Shown here: one piece after another, positions 9,107 to 19,353 of the stretch
How the letters are laid out: each line of letters begins with the position of its first letter
How positions within the stretch are numbered: the first letter of the stretch is position 1
Assembly: GCA_024276995.1 (NCBI GenBank)
Contig: JAJRWB010000014.1
Coordinates: 138,751 to 202,750, forward strand
Source of the DNA: Candidatus Eiseniibacteriota bacterium
Lineage (GTDB): Bacteria > Orphanbacterota > Orphanbacteria > Orphanbacterales > Orphanbacteraceae
Direction: 5' to 3'
DNA length: 64,000 bases
Notes under the pieces: generated by a model
Seen by the model: the letters and a program-made list of their open reading frames with translations, nothing else
Told to the model about the DNA's origin: nothing
Database searches by the model: none
Made by a program: the position numbers and the translations under genes

Positions 9107-11044
9107 ATGGGTAAAGTAATCGGCATCGATCTGGGCACCACGAATTCCGTGGTCGCCGTCGTGGAGGACGGCGAGGCGAAGGTGATTCCCAATCCGGAAG
9201 GAGGCCGGACGACTCCGTCGATCGTGGCGTTCACGAAGGAAGGAGAACGCCTCGTCGGGCAGGTCGCCAAACGGCAGGCGATCACGAACCCCGAGAACAC
9301 GATCTACTCGATCAAGCGTTTCATGGGGCGGAAGGTCTCCGAGGTGACCGAAGAGCAGAAGATCGTGACCTATGACATCGTGGAGGCTGCGAACGGCGAC
9401 GTCCGGGTTCACGTGACGAACCCCGAGAACATGTACGCTCCGCCGGAGATCTCCGCCATGGTGCTCCAGTATCTCAAGAAGGCGGCGGAGGAGTACCTCG
9501 GCGAGGAGGTCACCGAGGCGGTGATCACCGTGCCGGCGTACTTCAACGATTCGCAGAGACAGGCGACGAAGGACGCCGGAAAGATCGCCGGCCTCGACGT
9601 GAAGCGGATCATCAACGAGCCGACCGCGGCCTCCCTCGCGTACGGCCTCGATAGGAAGGCCGAGGAGAAGATCGCCGTGTTCGACCTGGGAGGCGGCACG
9701 TTCGACATCTCGATTCTCGAACTCGGCGAGGGGGTGTTCGAGGTGAAGGCGACGAACGGCGATACCCACCTCGGCGGCGATGATTTCGACCAGCGGCTGA
9801 TCGACCATCTCGCCTCCGAGTTCCAGAAGGAAACGGGGATCGATATCCGGTCCGACAAGATGGCGCTCCAGCGCCTCAAGGAAGCGGCGGAAAAGGCGAA
9901 GTGCGAGCTTTCCTCCACCATGCAGACGAACGTGAACCTGCCGTTCATCACCGCGGATTCTTCGGGTCCGAAGCATCTCGACGTGACGATCACGCGGGCG
10001 AAATTCGACCAGCTCACCGCCGATCTCGTGGAGCGGACGATCGAGCAGTGCCGGAAGGCGCTCAGCGACGGCGGTTTCACGGCGAACGATATCGATCAGG
10101 TCATTCTCGTGGGCGGCTCGACGCGGATCCCCGCGGTGGCGGAAAAGGTGAAGGAGTTTTTCGGGCGTGAACCGCACAAGGGCGTGAACCCCGACGAGGT
10201 GGTCGCCGTGGGCGCGGCGATCCAGGGGGGCGTCATCGCCGGCGACGTGAAGGATGTTCTCCTTCTCGACGTGACCCCTCTTTCCCTCGGCATCGAGACC
10301 CTCGGCGGGGTGATGACGAAGCTGATCGAAAGGAACACGACCATCCCGACGAAGAAGAGCCAGGTTTTCTCCACCGCCTCGGACAACCAGCCGGCGGTGA
10401 GCATCCATGTTCTTCAGGGCGAAAGGGAGATGGCCTCCGACAACAGGACGCTCGGCCGTTTCGACCTCACCGAGATCCCGCCGGCGCCCCGTGGGCTGCC
10501 GCAGATCGAGGTGACCTTCGACATCGACGCCAACGGCATCGTCCACGTGTCGGCGAAGGATCTCGGAACGGGGAGGGAACAGAAGATCAAAATCCAGGCG
10601 TCGAGCGGCCTGAGCGACGACGAGGTGAAGTCGATGGTGAGCGAAGCGGAAGCGCACGCCGCCGAGGACCGGAAGCGGCGCGAGGCGGTGGAGACGCGCA
10701 ACCAGGCGGATCAGCTCGTCTACCAGGTGGAGAAGAACGTCCGCGAGCACGGCGACAAGATCGACGCGACGACGCGCAAGATGATCGAGGACGCGGTGAA
10801 CGACCTGAAGAGCGCCATCGAATCGAACGATGCCGAGCGGATGAAGAAAAAGATGGCCGACGTCGAGCAGGCGACCCACAAGCTCGCCGAGCAGATGTAC
10901 GCGAACGCCACCGCGGAACAGGCGGCCGCAGGCGCAGGAGACGGAAGCGCGTCGCCGGGAGCGTCCGCACCGGAGGGGAACGATTCGGACGAAGCGGTGG
11001 AAGCCGATTTCGAAGTGGTGGAGGAAGACGAGGGGAAGAAGTAA
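9107..11044 (+). CDS. dnaK: molecular chaperone DnaK (Hsp70)
   Basis: 645 aa with [23 protein letters not shown] and [11 protein letters not shown], and an acidic C-terminus. Confidence 0.98.
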   Translation: MGKVIGIDLGTTNSVVAVVEDGEAKVIPNPEGGRTTPSIVAFTKEGERLVGQVAKRQAITNPENTIYSIKRFMGRKVSEVTEEQKIVTYDIVEAANGDVRVHVTNPENMYAPPEISAMVLQYLKKAAEEYLGEEVTEAVITVPAYFNDSQRQATKDAGKIAGLDVKRIINEPTAASLAYGLDRKAEEKIAVFDLGGGTFDISILELGEGVFEVKATNGDTHLGGDDFDQRLIDHLASEFQKETGIDIRSDKMALQRLKEAAEKAKCELSSTMQTNVNLPFITADSSGPKHLDVTITRAKFDQLTADLVERTIEQCRKALSDGGFTANDIDQVILVGGSTRIPAVAEKVKEFFGREPHKGVNPDEVVAVGAAIQGGVIAGDVKDVLLLDVTPLSLGIETLGGVMTKLIERNTTIPTKKSQVFSTASDNQPAVSIHVLQGEREMASDNRTLGRFDLTEIPPAPRGLPQIEVTFDIDANGIVHVSAKDLGTGREQKIKIQASSGLSDDEVKSMVSEAEAHAAEDRKRREAVETRNQADQLVYQVEKNVREHGDKIDATTRKMIEDAVNDLKSAIESNDAERMKKKMADVEQATHKLAEQMYANATAEQAAAGAGDGSASPGASAPEGNDSDEAVEADFEVVEEDEGKK

Positions 11045-11053
11045 ACTGTGCCC

Positions 11054-12169
11054 ATGGCGAAACGGGACTATTATGAAGTTCTCGACGTGCCGAAGAATGC
11101 CTCCGCCGAGGAGATCAAGAAGGCTTATCGGAAATTGGCGCTGAAGTATCACCCCGACCGGAATCCCGGGGACAAGGCGGCGGAAGAAAGCTTCAAGGAA
11201 GCGACCGAGGCGTACGAGGTTCTCAGGGACGACGAGAAGCGAGGCCGGTACGACCGGTTCGGCCACGCCGGCGTCGATCCGGCGGCGGCGGGAGGGGCGG
11301 CCGGTTTTGGCGGTGGGTACGGGAGCTTTGATCTTTCCGACGCGCTCCGTGCGTTTATGCGCGATTTCGGCGGCTTCGGCGATCTCTTCGGCGAGAGCGC
11401 CGATAGGGGGTCGGGCGCACCGAGGCCGGGCCGGGATCTCCAGATCAAGCTTCGGCTCACGCTGGAAGAAATCGCCGCGGGCGCGGAGAAGAAGGTGCGC
11501 GTCAAGGTACTCGGACGGTGCGACGAGTGCGGCGGCACGGGAAGCGCGTCGGGCGCCTCGCCGCGCCGGTGCGATACGTGCGGCGGCCAGGGACGGGTGC
11601 GCCAGGTGCAGCGTTCCCTTCTCGGCCAGTTCGTGAATATCACCGAGTGCCCGGCGTGCCGGGGCGAGGGGAGCGTCGTCGTCCACCCGTGTTCCACGTG
11701 CCGGGGCGAGGGGAGAGTCGCGCGGAAGGAATCGGTCACCGTCCGGATCCCGGCGGGGGTGAGCGCCGGGAACTATATCCCCCTCAGGGGGAAGGGGAAC
11801 TGCGGCCTTCGCGGCGGCCCGAGGGGCGACCTGATCGTGGTGATCGAGGAGGAGCCCCACAAGCGTTTCGCCCGGCACGGCGATGACGTTCTCACCGAGG
11901 TATGGGTTCGCTTCGACCAGGCGGTTCTCGGCTCGGCCCTCGAGGTGGATACCCTCGACGGTCGGGTGAAGATGAACATTCCTCCGGGCACGCCGTCGGG
12001 CAAGGTGTTCCGCCTCCGGGGGAAGGGAATCCGCCATCTGCGCGGGAGAGGGTCGGGCGACCAACTCGTCCAGGTCCATGTCTGGGTGCCGAAAAAGCTG
12101 AAGCGCGAGGAGAGAAGGATTCTCGATGAAATAAAGAAAGGCGGCCTCTTCGAGCCGCCCGGCGGGTGA
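11054..12169 (+). CDS. dnaJ: co-chaperone DnaJ
   Basis: The J-domain reads [10 protein letters not shown]...[13 protein letters not shown]-rich linker follows, then four CxxCxGxG zinc motifs ([32 protein letters not shown]). ATG 11054 is preferred over the in-frame GTG at 11048. Confidence 0.96.
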   Translation: MAKRDYYEVLDVPKNASAEEIKKAYRKLALKYHPDRNPGDKAAEESFKEATEAYEVLRDDEKRGRYDRFGHAGVDPAAAGGAAGFGGGYGSFDLSDALRAFMRDFGGFGDLFGESADRGSGAPRPGRDLQIKLRLTLEEIAAGAEKKVRVKVLGRCDECGGTGSASGASPRRCDTCGGQGRVRQVQRSLLGQFVNITECPACRGEGSVVVHPCSTCRGEGRVARKESVTVRIPAGVSAGNYIPLRGKGNCGLRGGPRGDLIVVIEEEPHKRFARHGDDVLTEVWVRFDQAVLGSALEVDTLDGRVKMNIPPGTPSGKVFRLRGKGIRHLRGRGSGDQLVQVHVWVPKKLKREERRILDEIKKGGLFEPPGG

Positions 12170-12927
12170 TCTCGGTGACACTCCGCGACACGGCCCGCCG
12201 GTTCTACGCCCCTCCCGAAAGTCTCGCCCTTCCCATCTTCCGTTTTCCTCCCGATGAGGAACGCCACATCTTCCAGGTCCTCCGTCTCGTCCCCGGCACC
12301 GAGGTGATCGCCGTCGACGGAGCGGGAAACGCGGCTCGTGTCGTTCTCGAGGAGGGGGGACGCGGTTGCGCGCGGGTGATCGAACGTCTCGCTCCCGAAA
12401 GGGTCGCGCCGTTCCATCTCACCGTGGCGAGTGCGCTTCTGCGGGGACGCTCTCTCGACGACGTGGTGGAGCGATGCACGGAACTGGGGGCGCTCGCGTT
12501 CCAGCCGTTCGTGTCGGAACGGACGGTGGTCGCGCCCACCGCCGGAGCGAGTTTGAAACGCCGCGGTCGATACGGCAGACTCGCGCTTTCCGCCATGAAA
12601 GTCGCCGGTTCCGCCCTTTGTCCCGAGATCCTGCCGGTGGCGACATGGGGCGATCTTCTTCTCCGCATCCCCCGGTTCGACGCCGCGCTGATCTGCGACG
12701 GCTCCGCGCCGCGCCCGCTCCGCCCGGTCGCCCGGGCGGAGCGAGTCCTTCTGGTGATCGGGCCGGAAGGGGGATGGGCCGCCGGGGAACTCGAGGCCGC
12801 GGTTGAATCGGGGGCGGTGGCGGTGAACCTCGGCGCGCGAAACCTGCGCGCCGCGACGGCCGCCGCCGCCGCGACGGCGATCGTTCTATCGGGGGGGCGC
12901 GAAGAGGATCTGAAGGGACTCCGTTGA
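12166..12927 (+). CDS. rsmE: 16S rRNA (uracil1498-N3)-methyltransferase RsmE
   Basis: 253 aa with a PUA-like N-terminus and a SPOUT C-terminus containing VIGPEGGW. The start overlaps the dnaJ stop (GTGA). Confidence 0.85.
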   Translation: MISVTLRDTARRFYAPPESLALPIFRFPPDEERHIFQVLRLVPGTEVIAVDGAGNAARVVLEEGGRGCARVIERLAPERVAPFHLTVASALLRGRSLDDVVERCTELGALAFQPFVSERTVVAPTAGASLKRRGRYGRLALSAMKVAGSALCPEILPVATWGDLLLRIPRFDAALICDGSAPRPLRPVARAERVLLVIGPEGGWAAGELEAAVESGAVAVNLGARNLRAATAAAAATAIVLSGGREEDLKGLR

Positions 12928-12952
12928 CAACGGAGCGAAACTTGTCTATATT
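12924..12952 (+). promoter_or_regulatory. near-consensus sigma70-type promoter (TTGACA-17-TATATT)
   Basis: TTGACA at 12924-12929 overlaps the rsmE stop. An exact 17-nt spacer separates it from TATATT at 12947-12952. The predicted transcription start is about 12959. Confidence 0.55.
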
Positions 12953-12958
12953 ATCGTA

Positions 12959-13165
12959 AGATATATGGGCATCGTAAAATGGGGTTAATTGGTCCGAAAA
13001 CCCCGTTGTCCGGTTGTAAAGTGTGACCACAGACAGAGGCGTTCAGCTTGCGCTGCGCCTGATAATTCCGTTCTCGGCACCGCCACACCACGGACCTGCT
13101 CATGATGCAATGAGACCCCCGCCGACGGCGGGGTTCCACCTCCTTGTCCGGGGACGGGAACACGA
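12959..13165 (+). other. about 200-nt structured, AT-richer leader or small RNA upstream of mutS2 (unclassified)
   Basis: This is the only sizeable unexplained gap in the window. It has four local hairpins: 12981-13004 (GGGGTT/AACCCC), 13037-13060 (AGGCG..CAGC-TTGC-GCTG-CGCCT), 13099-13114 (CTCAT/ATGAG) and 13117-13133 (CCCCGCC-GAC-GGCGGGG). The anti-SD-like CCACCTCCTT lies at 13136-13145. I see no match to an RNA family I can recognise by eye. Confidence 0.35.
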
Positions 13166-15526
13166 ATGAATCAGCATACTCTTGACCTGCTCGCTTTTCC
13201 GCGTGTGATCGATCTTTTGCGGGCGAAATGCGTCACGTCGCCCGGAAGAACTCTCGCGTCACGGCTCGTCCCCTTCCGTTCGGAGGAACGTGTACGCGCC
13301 CTCCAGGAGCGCCTCGCGGAGATGCTCTCGGTGATCGAGCTTCGGGGAGAACCGCCGGTCGACCCTCTCGATGATCTCACCCCTCTCCTCGCGCGTTCCG
13401 CCGTCGACGGGGCCGCCCTCGAGCCGTCCGAACTCCTTGCCCTTTCGCGGTCGGCGCGGTTGGCGGACGATCTTCGCCGTTTCGCCGCCGACGACGAAAC
13501 GCGGTGGCCCAGTTTCCATGCGCTCGCCGCGGGGCTCGACCCGCTCGTCGACTTTCAGATGAGCGTGGCGCGCGCCATCGATACCGAGGGAGAGATCGTC
13601 GATTCGGCGAGCGGCGAACTCGCGGCGATCCGGTCGGAGATCGGAGCGACGCGGTCGGAGGTGAGGAGGATCCTCGACGGGTATCTCCAGTCGAACGAGG
13701 TGAAACGTTCGCTTCAAGAGTCGATCATCACACTGAGAAACGGCCGTTATGTCCTCCCGGTGAAGGGTGGCGACCGGAGGGCGGTGGAGGGGATCGTCCA
13801 CGACCATTCCGGTTCGGGGGCGACCCTTTTCGTGGAGCCGATCGAAACGGTGGCGAAAAACAACGCGCTGACGAAACTCCGGAGGGAAGAGGCCCGCGAG
13901 ATCCGGAGAATCCTCCGCGGCCTGACGAAGAAGGTCGCTTCCGCGGCGGGAGCGTTCGGCCGGAATCTCGAGATCATCGGCGAGATCGATTTTCTCCGCG
14001 CCAAGGCGCGCCTCGCGGCCGAATGGGGGTGCTCCCTCCCCGCAGTCCGCGAGACGGCACCGTTGCGGATCGAAAGGGGGAGACATCCCCTCCTTGAAAT
14101 CTCTCTCCACCGCGGAGGACGTGCGGGGGAATTGGTACCCCTCGACATCCACATGCCCGACGATTGCCGGTCGATCGTCCTCACCGGCCCGAACACGGGC
14201 GGAAAGACGGTGGCCCTCAAGACGGTCGGTCTCTTCGCGCTCATGGCGCAGAGCGGTCTCGCTCTCCCGGCCGAGGAGGGGACGTCGCTCCCCCTCTTCC
14301 GATCGATCCACGCCGTGATCGGGGACGACCAGTCGATCGAGGAGAACCTCTCCAGTTTCTCCGCCCACTTGAGCCAGGTGGTCGATCTGCTACGCTCCTC
14401 CGACGAACGGACCCTCGTGCTGATCGACGAGATCGGCGCGGGCACCGATCCGGCCGAAGGTTCCGCCCTGGCGATGGCTCTTCTAGAGGAGATTCACCGG
14501 CGCCGCGCCACGTCGCTCGTCACGACCCATCTCGGTTCGCTCAAAGTGTTCGTCCACAACACCCCCGGAATGGTGAACGCTTCGATGGCGTTCGATACCG
14601 ATCGGATGCGCCCGACGTATCGTCTGGAGATCGGCCTTCCCGGCACGAGCCATGCCCTCGAGATCGCCCGGCGTCTCGGCGTCGACGACGAGGTGATCAG
14701 CCGGGCGAGGGAGAATCTCGGGTCGTCGGAACTCGAATTGGCGTCCCTTCTCCACGACCTGAAAGAGAGGAGCCGGCATCTCGAAAGACTCATCGCCTCG
14801 ACGACGGAAGAGAAGGCGATGCTCGATGCGCTCGAGCGAAAGGTCCGCGAGAGGGAGGAGGCGGTCCGGCGGGACGAGCGTTTATGGAAGCGGAAAGCCC
14901 TCGAGGAGGCGAAGCGTTACCTCGACGAATCGAGAAGTCTCGTGGAGCGGCAGGTGAGGGAGATCCGAAGATACGGCGGGCGCCGACAGAGTGTTCGTGA
15001 GGCGCGGGCGGCGATCGAGAAGGAGCGAGCTCGCCTCGCCGGTGGTATCGAAGAACTCCGGGCGGTGTCGAATACCGAGTGCTCCGACGATGACCTCGCC
15101 AAGGGAAGATTCGTCCGTATCCGGAGTCTCAACCGGGTCGGAAGGATCACGGGCCGCTCGAACCGGGGAGATCGGTTCCTGATCGAGTCGGGCGGCGTCC
15201 GCCTCGAAGCGGCGAGGAACGATCTCGTCCCCGCCGACGAGCCCCGTCCGAAAAGGGCGAAGAACGTGCTCGTCGGCGCTCCTTTGCGGGATGCGAAGCT
15301 CGAACTCGATCTCAGGGGGATGACCGCCCAGGAGGCCTCCGCCGCGGCGGACCGGTTCATCGACGATGCGGTCCTCGCGGGCGTCGGGTCGGTGCGCATT
15401 ATCCACGGCATCGGCACCGGCGTGCTGAGGAAGACGATTCAGGAGCTTCTCGCGGCCGATCCCCGCGTCGGGTCGACGAAACTCGCGAAGGACGGCGGTT
15501 CGAGCGTGGTGGAGATGGGCGAATGA
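13166..15526 (+). CDS. mutS2: endonuclease MutS2 (MutS paralogue with C-terminal Smr domain)
   Basis: 786 aa with Walker A GPNTGGKT, DEIGAGTDP, a coiled-coil linker, and the C-terminal Smr domain (LDLRGMTAQEA...IIHGIGTGVLR). Confidence 0.93.
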   Translation: MNQHTLDLLAFPRVIDLLRAKCVTSPGRTLASRLVPFRSEERVRALQERLAEMLSVIELRGEPPVDPLDDLTPLLARSAVDGAALEPSELLALSRSARLADDLRRFAADDETRWPSFHALAAGLDPLVDFQMSVARAIDTEGEIVDSASGELAAIRSEIGATRSEVRRILDGYLQSNEVKRSLQESIITLRNGRYVLPVKGGDRRAVEGIVHDHSGSGATLFVEPIETVAKNNALTKLRREEAREIRRILRGLTKKVASAAGAFGRNLEIIGEIDFLRAKARLAAEWGCSLPAVRETAPLRIERGRHPLLEISLHRGGRAGELVPLDIHMPDDCRSIVLTGPNTGGKTVALKTVGLFALMAQSGLALPAEEGTSLPLFRSIHAVIGDDQSIEENLSSFSAHLSQVVDLLRSSDERTLVLIDEIGAGTDPAEGSALAMALLEEIHRRRATSLVTTHLGSLKVFVHNTPGMVNASMAFDTDRMRPTYRLEIGLPGTSHALEIARRLGVDDEVISRARENLGSSELELASLLHDLKERSRHLERLIASTTEEKAMLDALERKVREREEAVRRDERLWKRKALEEAKRYLDESRSLVERQVREIRRYGGRRQSVREARAAIEKERARLAGGIEELRAVSNTECSDDDLAKGRFVRIRSLNRVGRITGRSNRGDRFLIESGGVRLEAARNDLVPADEPRPKRAKNVLVGAPLRDAKLELDLRGMTAQEASAAADRFIDDAVLAGVGSVRIIHGIGTGVLRKTIQELLAADPRVGSTKLAKDGGSSVVEMGE

Positions 15527-17322
15527 GGAACCGGCAAAGCGACGACGCCGTCGAGAGGGTGCGCGACGCGAACGATATCGTCTCGGTGGTCGGCGGCTAC
15601 GTGCGCCTGAGGAAGGCGGGGCGCAATTACAAGGGGCTCTGTCCCTTCCACAAGGAGAAGACCCCTTCTTTCATCGTCACCCCCGAGCGCCAGACATTTC
15701 ACTGTTTCGGCTGCGGCAAGGGGGGAGATGTTTTCCGGTTCGTCATGGAGATGGACGGCGTCCAGTTTCCCGAAGCGCTTCGTTCGCTCGCCGCGCGCGG
15801 GGGGGTCGCGCTCGAAAGCACTTGGAAGAGGAAGGACGCCGGCGAAAGAGAGCGCCGGCTCAAGGTGCTCGATTTCGCCTGCCGGCTCTTCGAGAAGCAG
15901 CTCCGCTCGAAACGGGGCGCCGCCGCCGCCGAGTACGTCGAGCGGCGCGGCTTTCGCGACGAAACGGTCGCGCTCTTCCGGATCGGTTATGCGCCAGATT
16001 CGTGGCGGTTTCTCCGTGACGCGGCGGCGCGCAAGGGGATCGCCGACGCCGACCTGATCGATACGGGGCTGATCATCCCGAAGGAGGGAGGCTCTCCGTA
16101 CGACCGCTTCCGCGACCGGCTGATCTTCCCCATCGGCGACCCATCGGGGAGGATCATCGGCTTCGGCGGCCGGGTGATGGGCGACGGGGAACCGAAGTAT
16201 CTCAATTCCCCTGAGACGCCCCTCTTTCGCAAGGGCGAAGCGCTCTATGGGATCGACCGCTCGCGGGGCGAGATCCACCGCGCCGGATACGTTCTTCTCG
16301 TCGAAGGGTACACCGACGTGATCGCCCTGTACCAGGACGGGATCCGCAACGTGGTCGCCCCCCTTGGAACGGCACTCACGCCGGGGCAGGGGCGGATGCT
16401 TTCGCATTATACCGACCGGGTGGTGCTCCTCTTCGACGGCGACGAGGCGGGGGTGAAGGCGGCCGTCCGTTCGCTCGCCACTCTCGCCGCGGAGGGACTC
16501 GCCGCCGACGTGGCGCTCCTACCGCCCGGATCCGACCCCGACCAGTATCTTCGCGAGGAAGGGCGCTCCGCCATGGAGGAGTTGATCGCTTCGGCGTCGA
16601 GCTTCGTCTCGTTCCTCCTCCATCATCCCTTCCCCGGTGGGAGGGAAGAAGCGGTTCGGACCGTCATCGGCGTTCTCGCCGCAGTGGACGACGAGATCCG
16701 CCTCGGCCTTCTTGTTCGCGAAACGAACCGGATGACCGGACTGCGGGAGGAGGTTCTCCTGCGCAGGATCCGCGCGGAACGTGCCGGAGCCAAGGAGGAA
16801 GACCGCCCGGCACTCAGACGATCGCCCGGCCTCTCCGGCCGACTGATCGATGCCCAAAGAGGGATCGCCTTCCTCGGCCTCGAGCACCCCGATCTTCTCC
16901 CGGTGATCCGGCGCGTGATCCGTCCGGAGAAAGTGGACGACATACCGGCCCGGAAGTTGCTGAAGGCGCTTTACGAATGTGATGACTCGGGTGCGAGACC
17001 GACACCCTCCCTCCTGACCCTCTCGGGAGTGGACCGGGAGTTTTCCCGTCTGCGTGTGGAAACGGAAGATGTGGACGACCCCCTCGCCATCTTGCACGAC
17101 TATATTCTTTGTGTGCGGGAGGAAGAGATCGAAAGAAGAAGCAGGAAGATCCAGGCGGAAATCAGGGACGCCGAGGAGCGAAACGATGAAGCCGCCTGTT
17201 CCCGGTTGCTGGTGCAGCGATCGGAGCTTGCCGCGCTGAGGCGCAACCTCGCGCACGCGACGAAAGGCGATTCCACGGGGGCGGAGGCCGCCGCGGGGGA
17301 AAGGAGTGACTCGCCGCGATGA
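15523..17322 (+). CDS. dnaG: DNA primase
   Basis: 599 aa with the zinc-binding [11 protein letters not shown]...CFGCG, the RNA polymerase core, and the TOPRIM motifs EGYTDV and DGDEAG. The start overlaps the mutS2 stop (ATGA). Confidence 0.95.
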   Translation: MRNRQSDDAVERVRDANDIVSVVGGYVRLRKAGRNYKGLCPFHKEKTPSFIVTPERQTFHCFGCGKGGDVFRFVMEMDGVQFPEALRSLAARGGVALESTWKRKDAGERERRLKVLDFACRLFEKQLRSKRGAAAAEYVERRGFRDETVALFRIGYAPDSWRFLRDAAARKGIADADLIDTGLIIPKEGGSPYDRFRDRLIFPIGDPSGRIIGFGGRVMGDGEPKYLNSPETPLFRKGEALYGIDRSRGEIHRAGYVLLVEGYTDVIALYQDGIRNVVAPLGTALTPGQGRMLSHYTDRVVLLFDGDEAGVKAAVRSLATLAAEGLAADVALLPPGSDPDQYLREEGRSAMEELIASASSFVSFLLHHPFPGGREEAVRTVIGVLAAVDDEIRLGLLVRETNRMTGLREEVLLRRIRAERAGAKEEDRPALRRSPGLSGRLIDAQRGIAFLGLEHPDLLPVIRRVIRPEKVDDIPARKLLKALYECDDSGARPTPSLLTLSGVDREFSRLRVETEDVDDPLAILHDYILCVREEEIERRSRKIQAEIRDAEERNDEAACSRLLVQRSELAALRRNLAHATKGDSTGAEAAAGERSDSPR

Positions 17323-19070
17323 AGACGAAGAAGAAGAGTGCCCGGGCGAACCTTGCCAAACTGAAGGAAATGGCGAAGCGCCAGGGATACGTTACACACG
17401 ACCAGGTGAACGAGTACCTCGACGACGACGCTTCCCTCGAGGAGATGGACGATCTTTACGCCTCTTTCGGCGAAATGAAGATCGACGTGGTGGACACGGT
17501 GGAAGAGGGGGTTCGCCGGCGCGCTCTTCAGATGGCCGCGAAGCAGAAGAGCCGGGAATCGTCGTCCCCGGCGCAGGCGACGGTCCGCTATGACGACCCG
17601 GTGCGCATGTATCTCAGGGAGATGGGACGCGTGCCTCTGCTCGACAGGCAAGGGGAGGTCGACATCGCCCGGCGGATCGAGGAAGGACAGCTCCTCGTCG
17701 TCCGCACCGCGCTCCAGTGCTCCGTTTCGTATCGCGAACTCCGCGCCCTTCTCGAAAGGCTCGACGATCCGAAATTTCGTCTCGAGGATCATGTGCACGT
17801 CGATTCGATCGAGTGGGGACCCCAGATGGCGGGGAAGAAGGAGCGGCAAAAGGTCGTGCGTATCCTTCAGAAAGCACTCCGGTTGAACGACAAGATCGAA
17901 GCGATCGAGGACAAGCGGTGGGGGATCCAGCCGCGGGAGAAGAAGAAATCCGCCGCATGGGCCGACGCGATGAAGAAGCGGAGCGCCGAATTCGCGAAGA
18001 TCCAATTCCAGCCGCGTCTCAGGGCGCGGCTCGTCCGGAAGCTCAGGCGCCTGGCGGCGAAGATCCGCGAGGCGGAGATGGAGATCCACACGTGCTGCGT
18101 CGAGACCGGCATGGACGATCCGAAGGAGATCTTCGCCGTCGCGCGGAAGGCGAACCGGAGCAAGCGGGGCGCCACCGAGGGGACGAAGAAATACGCACTG
18201 CCCGCCGAGACGTTCATCGCCCATGCGAAGACGATCCGCGACGCCCAGCGGAGGGTGAAGCGCTTGGAAACCGATTCGAGAATCACCAAGAACACGCTTT
18301 TCGAAGTGATCGCCCGCATCGAGGAGGGGGAGAGGATCACCGCCGTGGCGAAGCGCGAAATGATCGAGGCGAACGTTCGCCTCGTGATTTCGATCGCGAA
18401 GCGTTACACGAACCGGGGCCTGGAGTTTTTGGACTTGATCCAGGAAGGCAACAGTGGTCTAATGAGGGCCGTCGATAAATTCGATTATCGGAAGGGGTAC
18501 AAGTTCAGTACCTACGCGACCTGGTGGATCCGGCAGGCGATCACCCGGGCGATCGCCGACCAGGCGCGGACGATCCGCGTTCCCGTGCATATGATCGAGG
18601 CGATCAACAAGGTGATCCGGACGTCCCGCCGGCTCGTCCAGGAGTACGGCAGGGAGCCCCTTCCGGAAGAGATCGCCAAGAAGCTCGATCTCCCCGTCGA
18701 CAAGATCAAGTCGGTGCTGAAGGCGGCGCAAGAGCCGATCTCTCTCGACCGGCCGATCGGCGAGGACGAGGACTCCAATCTCGGCGATTTCATCGAGGAT
18801 ACGAAGGTCATCTCGCCCGCCCACTCCGCGGCGTTCGTCATGCTGCAGGAGCAGATGGGAAGCGTGCTCAGCACGCTCACCAAGCGGGAGGAGAAAGTGA
18901 TACGGCTCCGGTTCGGTCTCGGCGACGGTTGTCCGAGGACGCTCGAAGAGGTGGGAAGCATCTTCAACGTCACCCGGGAAAGGGTCCGGCAGATCGAAGC
19001 GAAGGCGCTCCGGAAACTGAGACACCCGAGCCGGAGTCGAAAACTGAAGGGCTACGTGGAGATTCCGTAA
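17319..19070 (+). CDS. rpoD: RNA polymerase primary sigma factor (sigma70/RpoD)
   Basis: 583 aa with region 2 [54 protein letters not shown] and region 4 [30 protein letters not shown]. Confidence 0.97.
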   Translation: MKTKKKSARANLAKLKEMAKRQGYVTHDQVNEYLDDDASLEEMDDLYASFGEMKIDVVDTVEEGVRRRALQMAAKQKSRESSSPAQATVRYDDPVRMYLREMGRVPLLDRQGEVDIARRIEEGQLLVVRTALQCSVSYRELRALLERLDDPKFRLEDHVHVDSIEWGPQMAGKKERQKVVRILQKALRLNDKIEAIEDKRWGIQPREKKKSAAWADAMKKRSAEFAKIQFQPRLRARLVRKLRRLAAKIREAEMEIHTCCVETGMDDPKEIFAVARKANRSKRGATEGTKKYALPAETFIAHAKTIRDAQRRVKRLETDSRITKNTLFEVIARIEEGERITAVAKREMIEANVRLVISIAKRYTNRGLEFLDLIQEGNSGLMRAVDKFDYRKGYKFSTYATWWIRQAITRAIADQARTIRVPVHMIEAINKVIRTSRRLVQEYGREPLPEEIAKKLDLPVDKIKSVLKAAQEPISLDRPIGEDEDSNLGDFIEDTKVISPAHSAAFVMLQEQMGSVLSTLTKREEKVIRLRFGLGDGCPRTLEEVGSIFNVTRERVRQIEAKALRKLRHPSRSRKLKGYVEIP

Positions 19071-19072
19071 GC

Positions 19073-19146
19073 GGGCCCATAGCTCAGTTGGTTAGAGCGA
19101 CTGACTCATAATCAGCCGGTCCCAGGTTCGAGTCCTGGTGGGCCCA
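19073..19146 (+). tRNA. tRNA with CAT anticodon: formally Met, features favour tRNA-Ile2 (lysidine-modified)
   Basis: 74-nt cloverleaf starting 2 nt after the rpoD stop. Acceptor GGGCCCA pairs with TGGGCCC, and the anticodon loop is CTCATAA. C4 and C5 in the acceptor stem, and the position just downstream of rpoD, resemble E. coli ileX. The Met vs Ile2 identity is not proven. Confidence 0.9.
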
Positions 19147-19180
19147 AAACCGGGAGCGGGGAGGTTTCGAAACGATGGCC

Positions 19181-19257
19181 GGGCGATTAGCTCAGCGGTT
19201 TAGAGCGTCCGCCTCACACGCGGAAGGTCACTGGTTCAAATCCAGTATCGCCCACCA
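19181..19257 (+). tRNA. tRNA-Val (anticodon CAC)
   Basis: Acceptor GGGCGAT pairs with ATCGCCC. The anticodon loop is CTCACAC, the T-loop is GGTTCAAATCC, and CCA is encoded. Confidence 0.93.
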
Positions 19258-19315
19258 ATACGCGGCGACATCGCGCGGTGTGACGCCGATACGCGTCGCG
19301 GGCGCCGGCTCTGCA

Positions 19316-19344
19316 CCCTCCGGAATCCTCCGGAGGGTTTTTTT
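19316..19344 (+). terminator. Rho-independent terminator after tRNA-Val
   Basis: Perfect 9-bp stem CCCTCCGGA / TCCGGAGGG with loop ATCC, followed by T7. Confidence 0.8.
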
Positions 19345-19353
19345 GTACCCTTA

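Noticed and set aside
8960-12181. A 1073-aa open reading frame on the minus strand, exactly antisense to dnaK and dnaJ
   Set aside because: Long stop-free antisense frames are expected in GC-rich genes with G/C-biased third positions, because stop codons are AT-rich. The translation is Arg/Pro/Gly/His-rich and low-complexity, has no recognisable domain, and has no RBS or promoter context. It fully overlaps two unambiguous, highly conserved genes. Antisense ORFs opposite hsp70 are a classic artefact.
12951-13163. 70-aa minus-strand ORF filling the rsmE-mutS2 gap (MFPSPDKEVEPRRRRGSHCIMSRS...)
   Set aside because: It has no RBS, its codon third positions are not GC-biased like real genes here, and it has no recognisable family. 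It does not resemble ribosomal protein S21, which precedes dnaG-rpoD in E. coli. The region is better explained as a + strand promoter plus structured leader.
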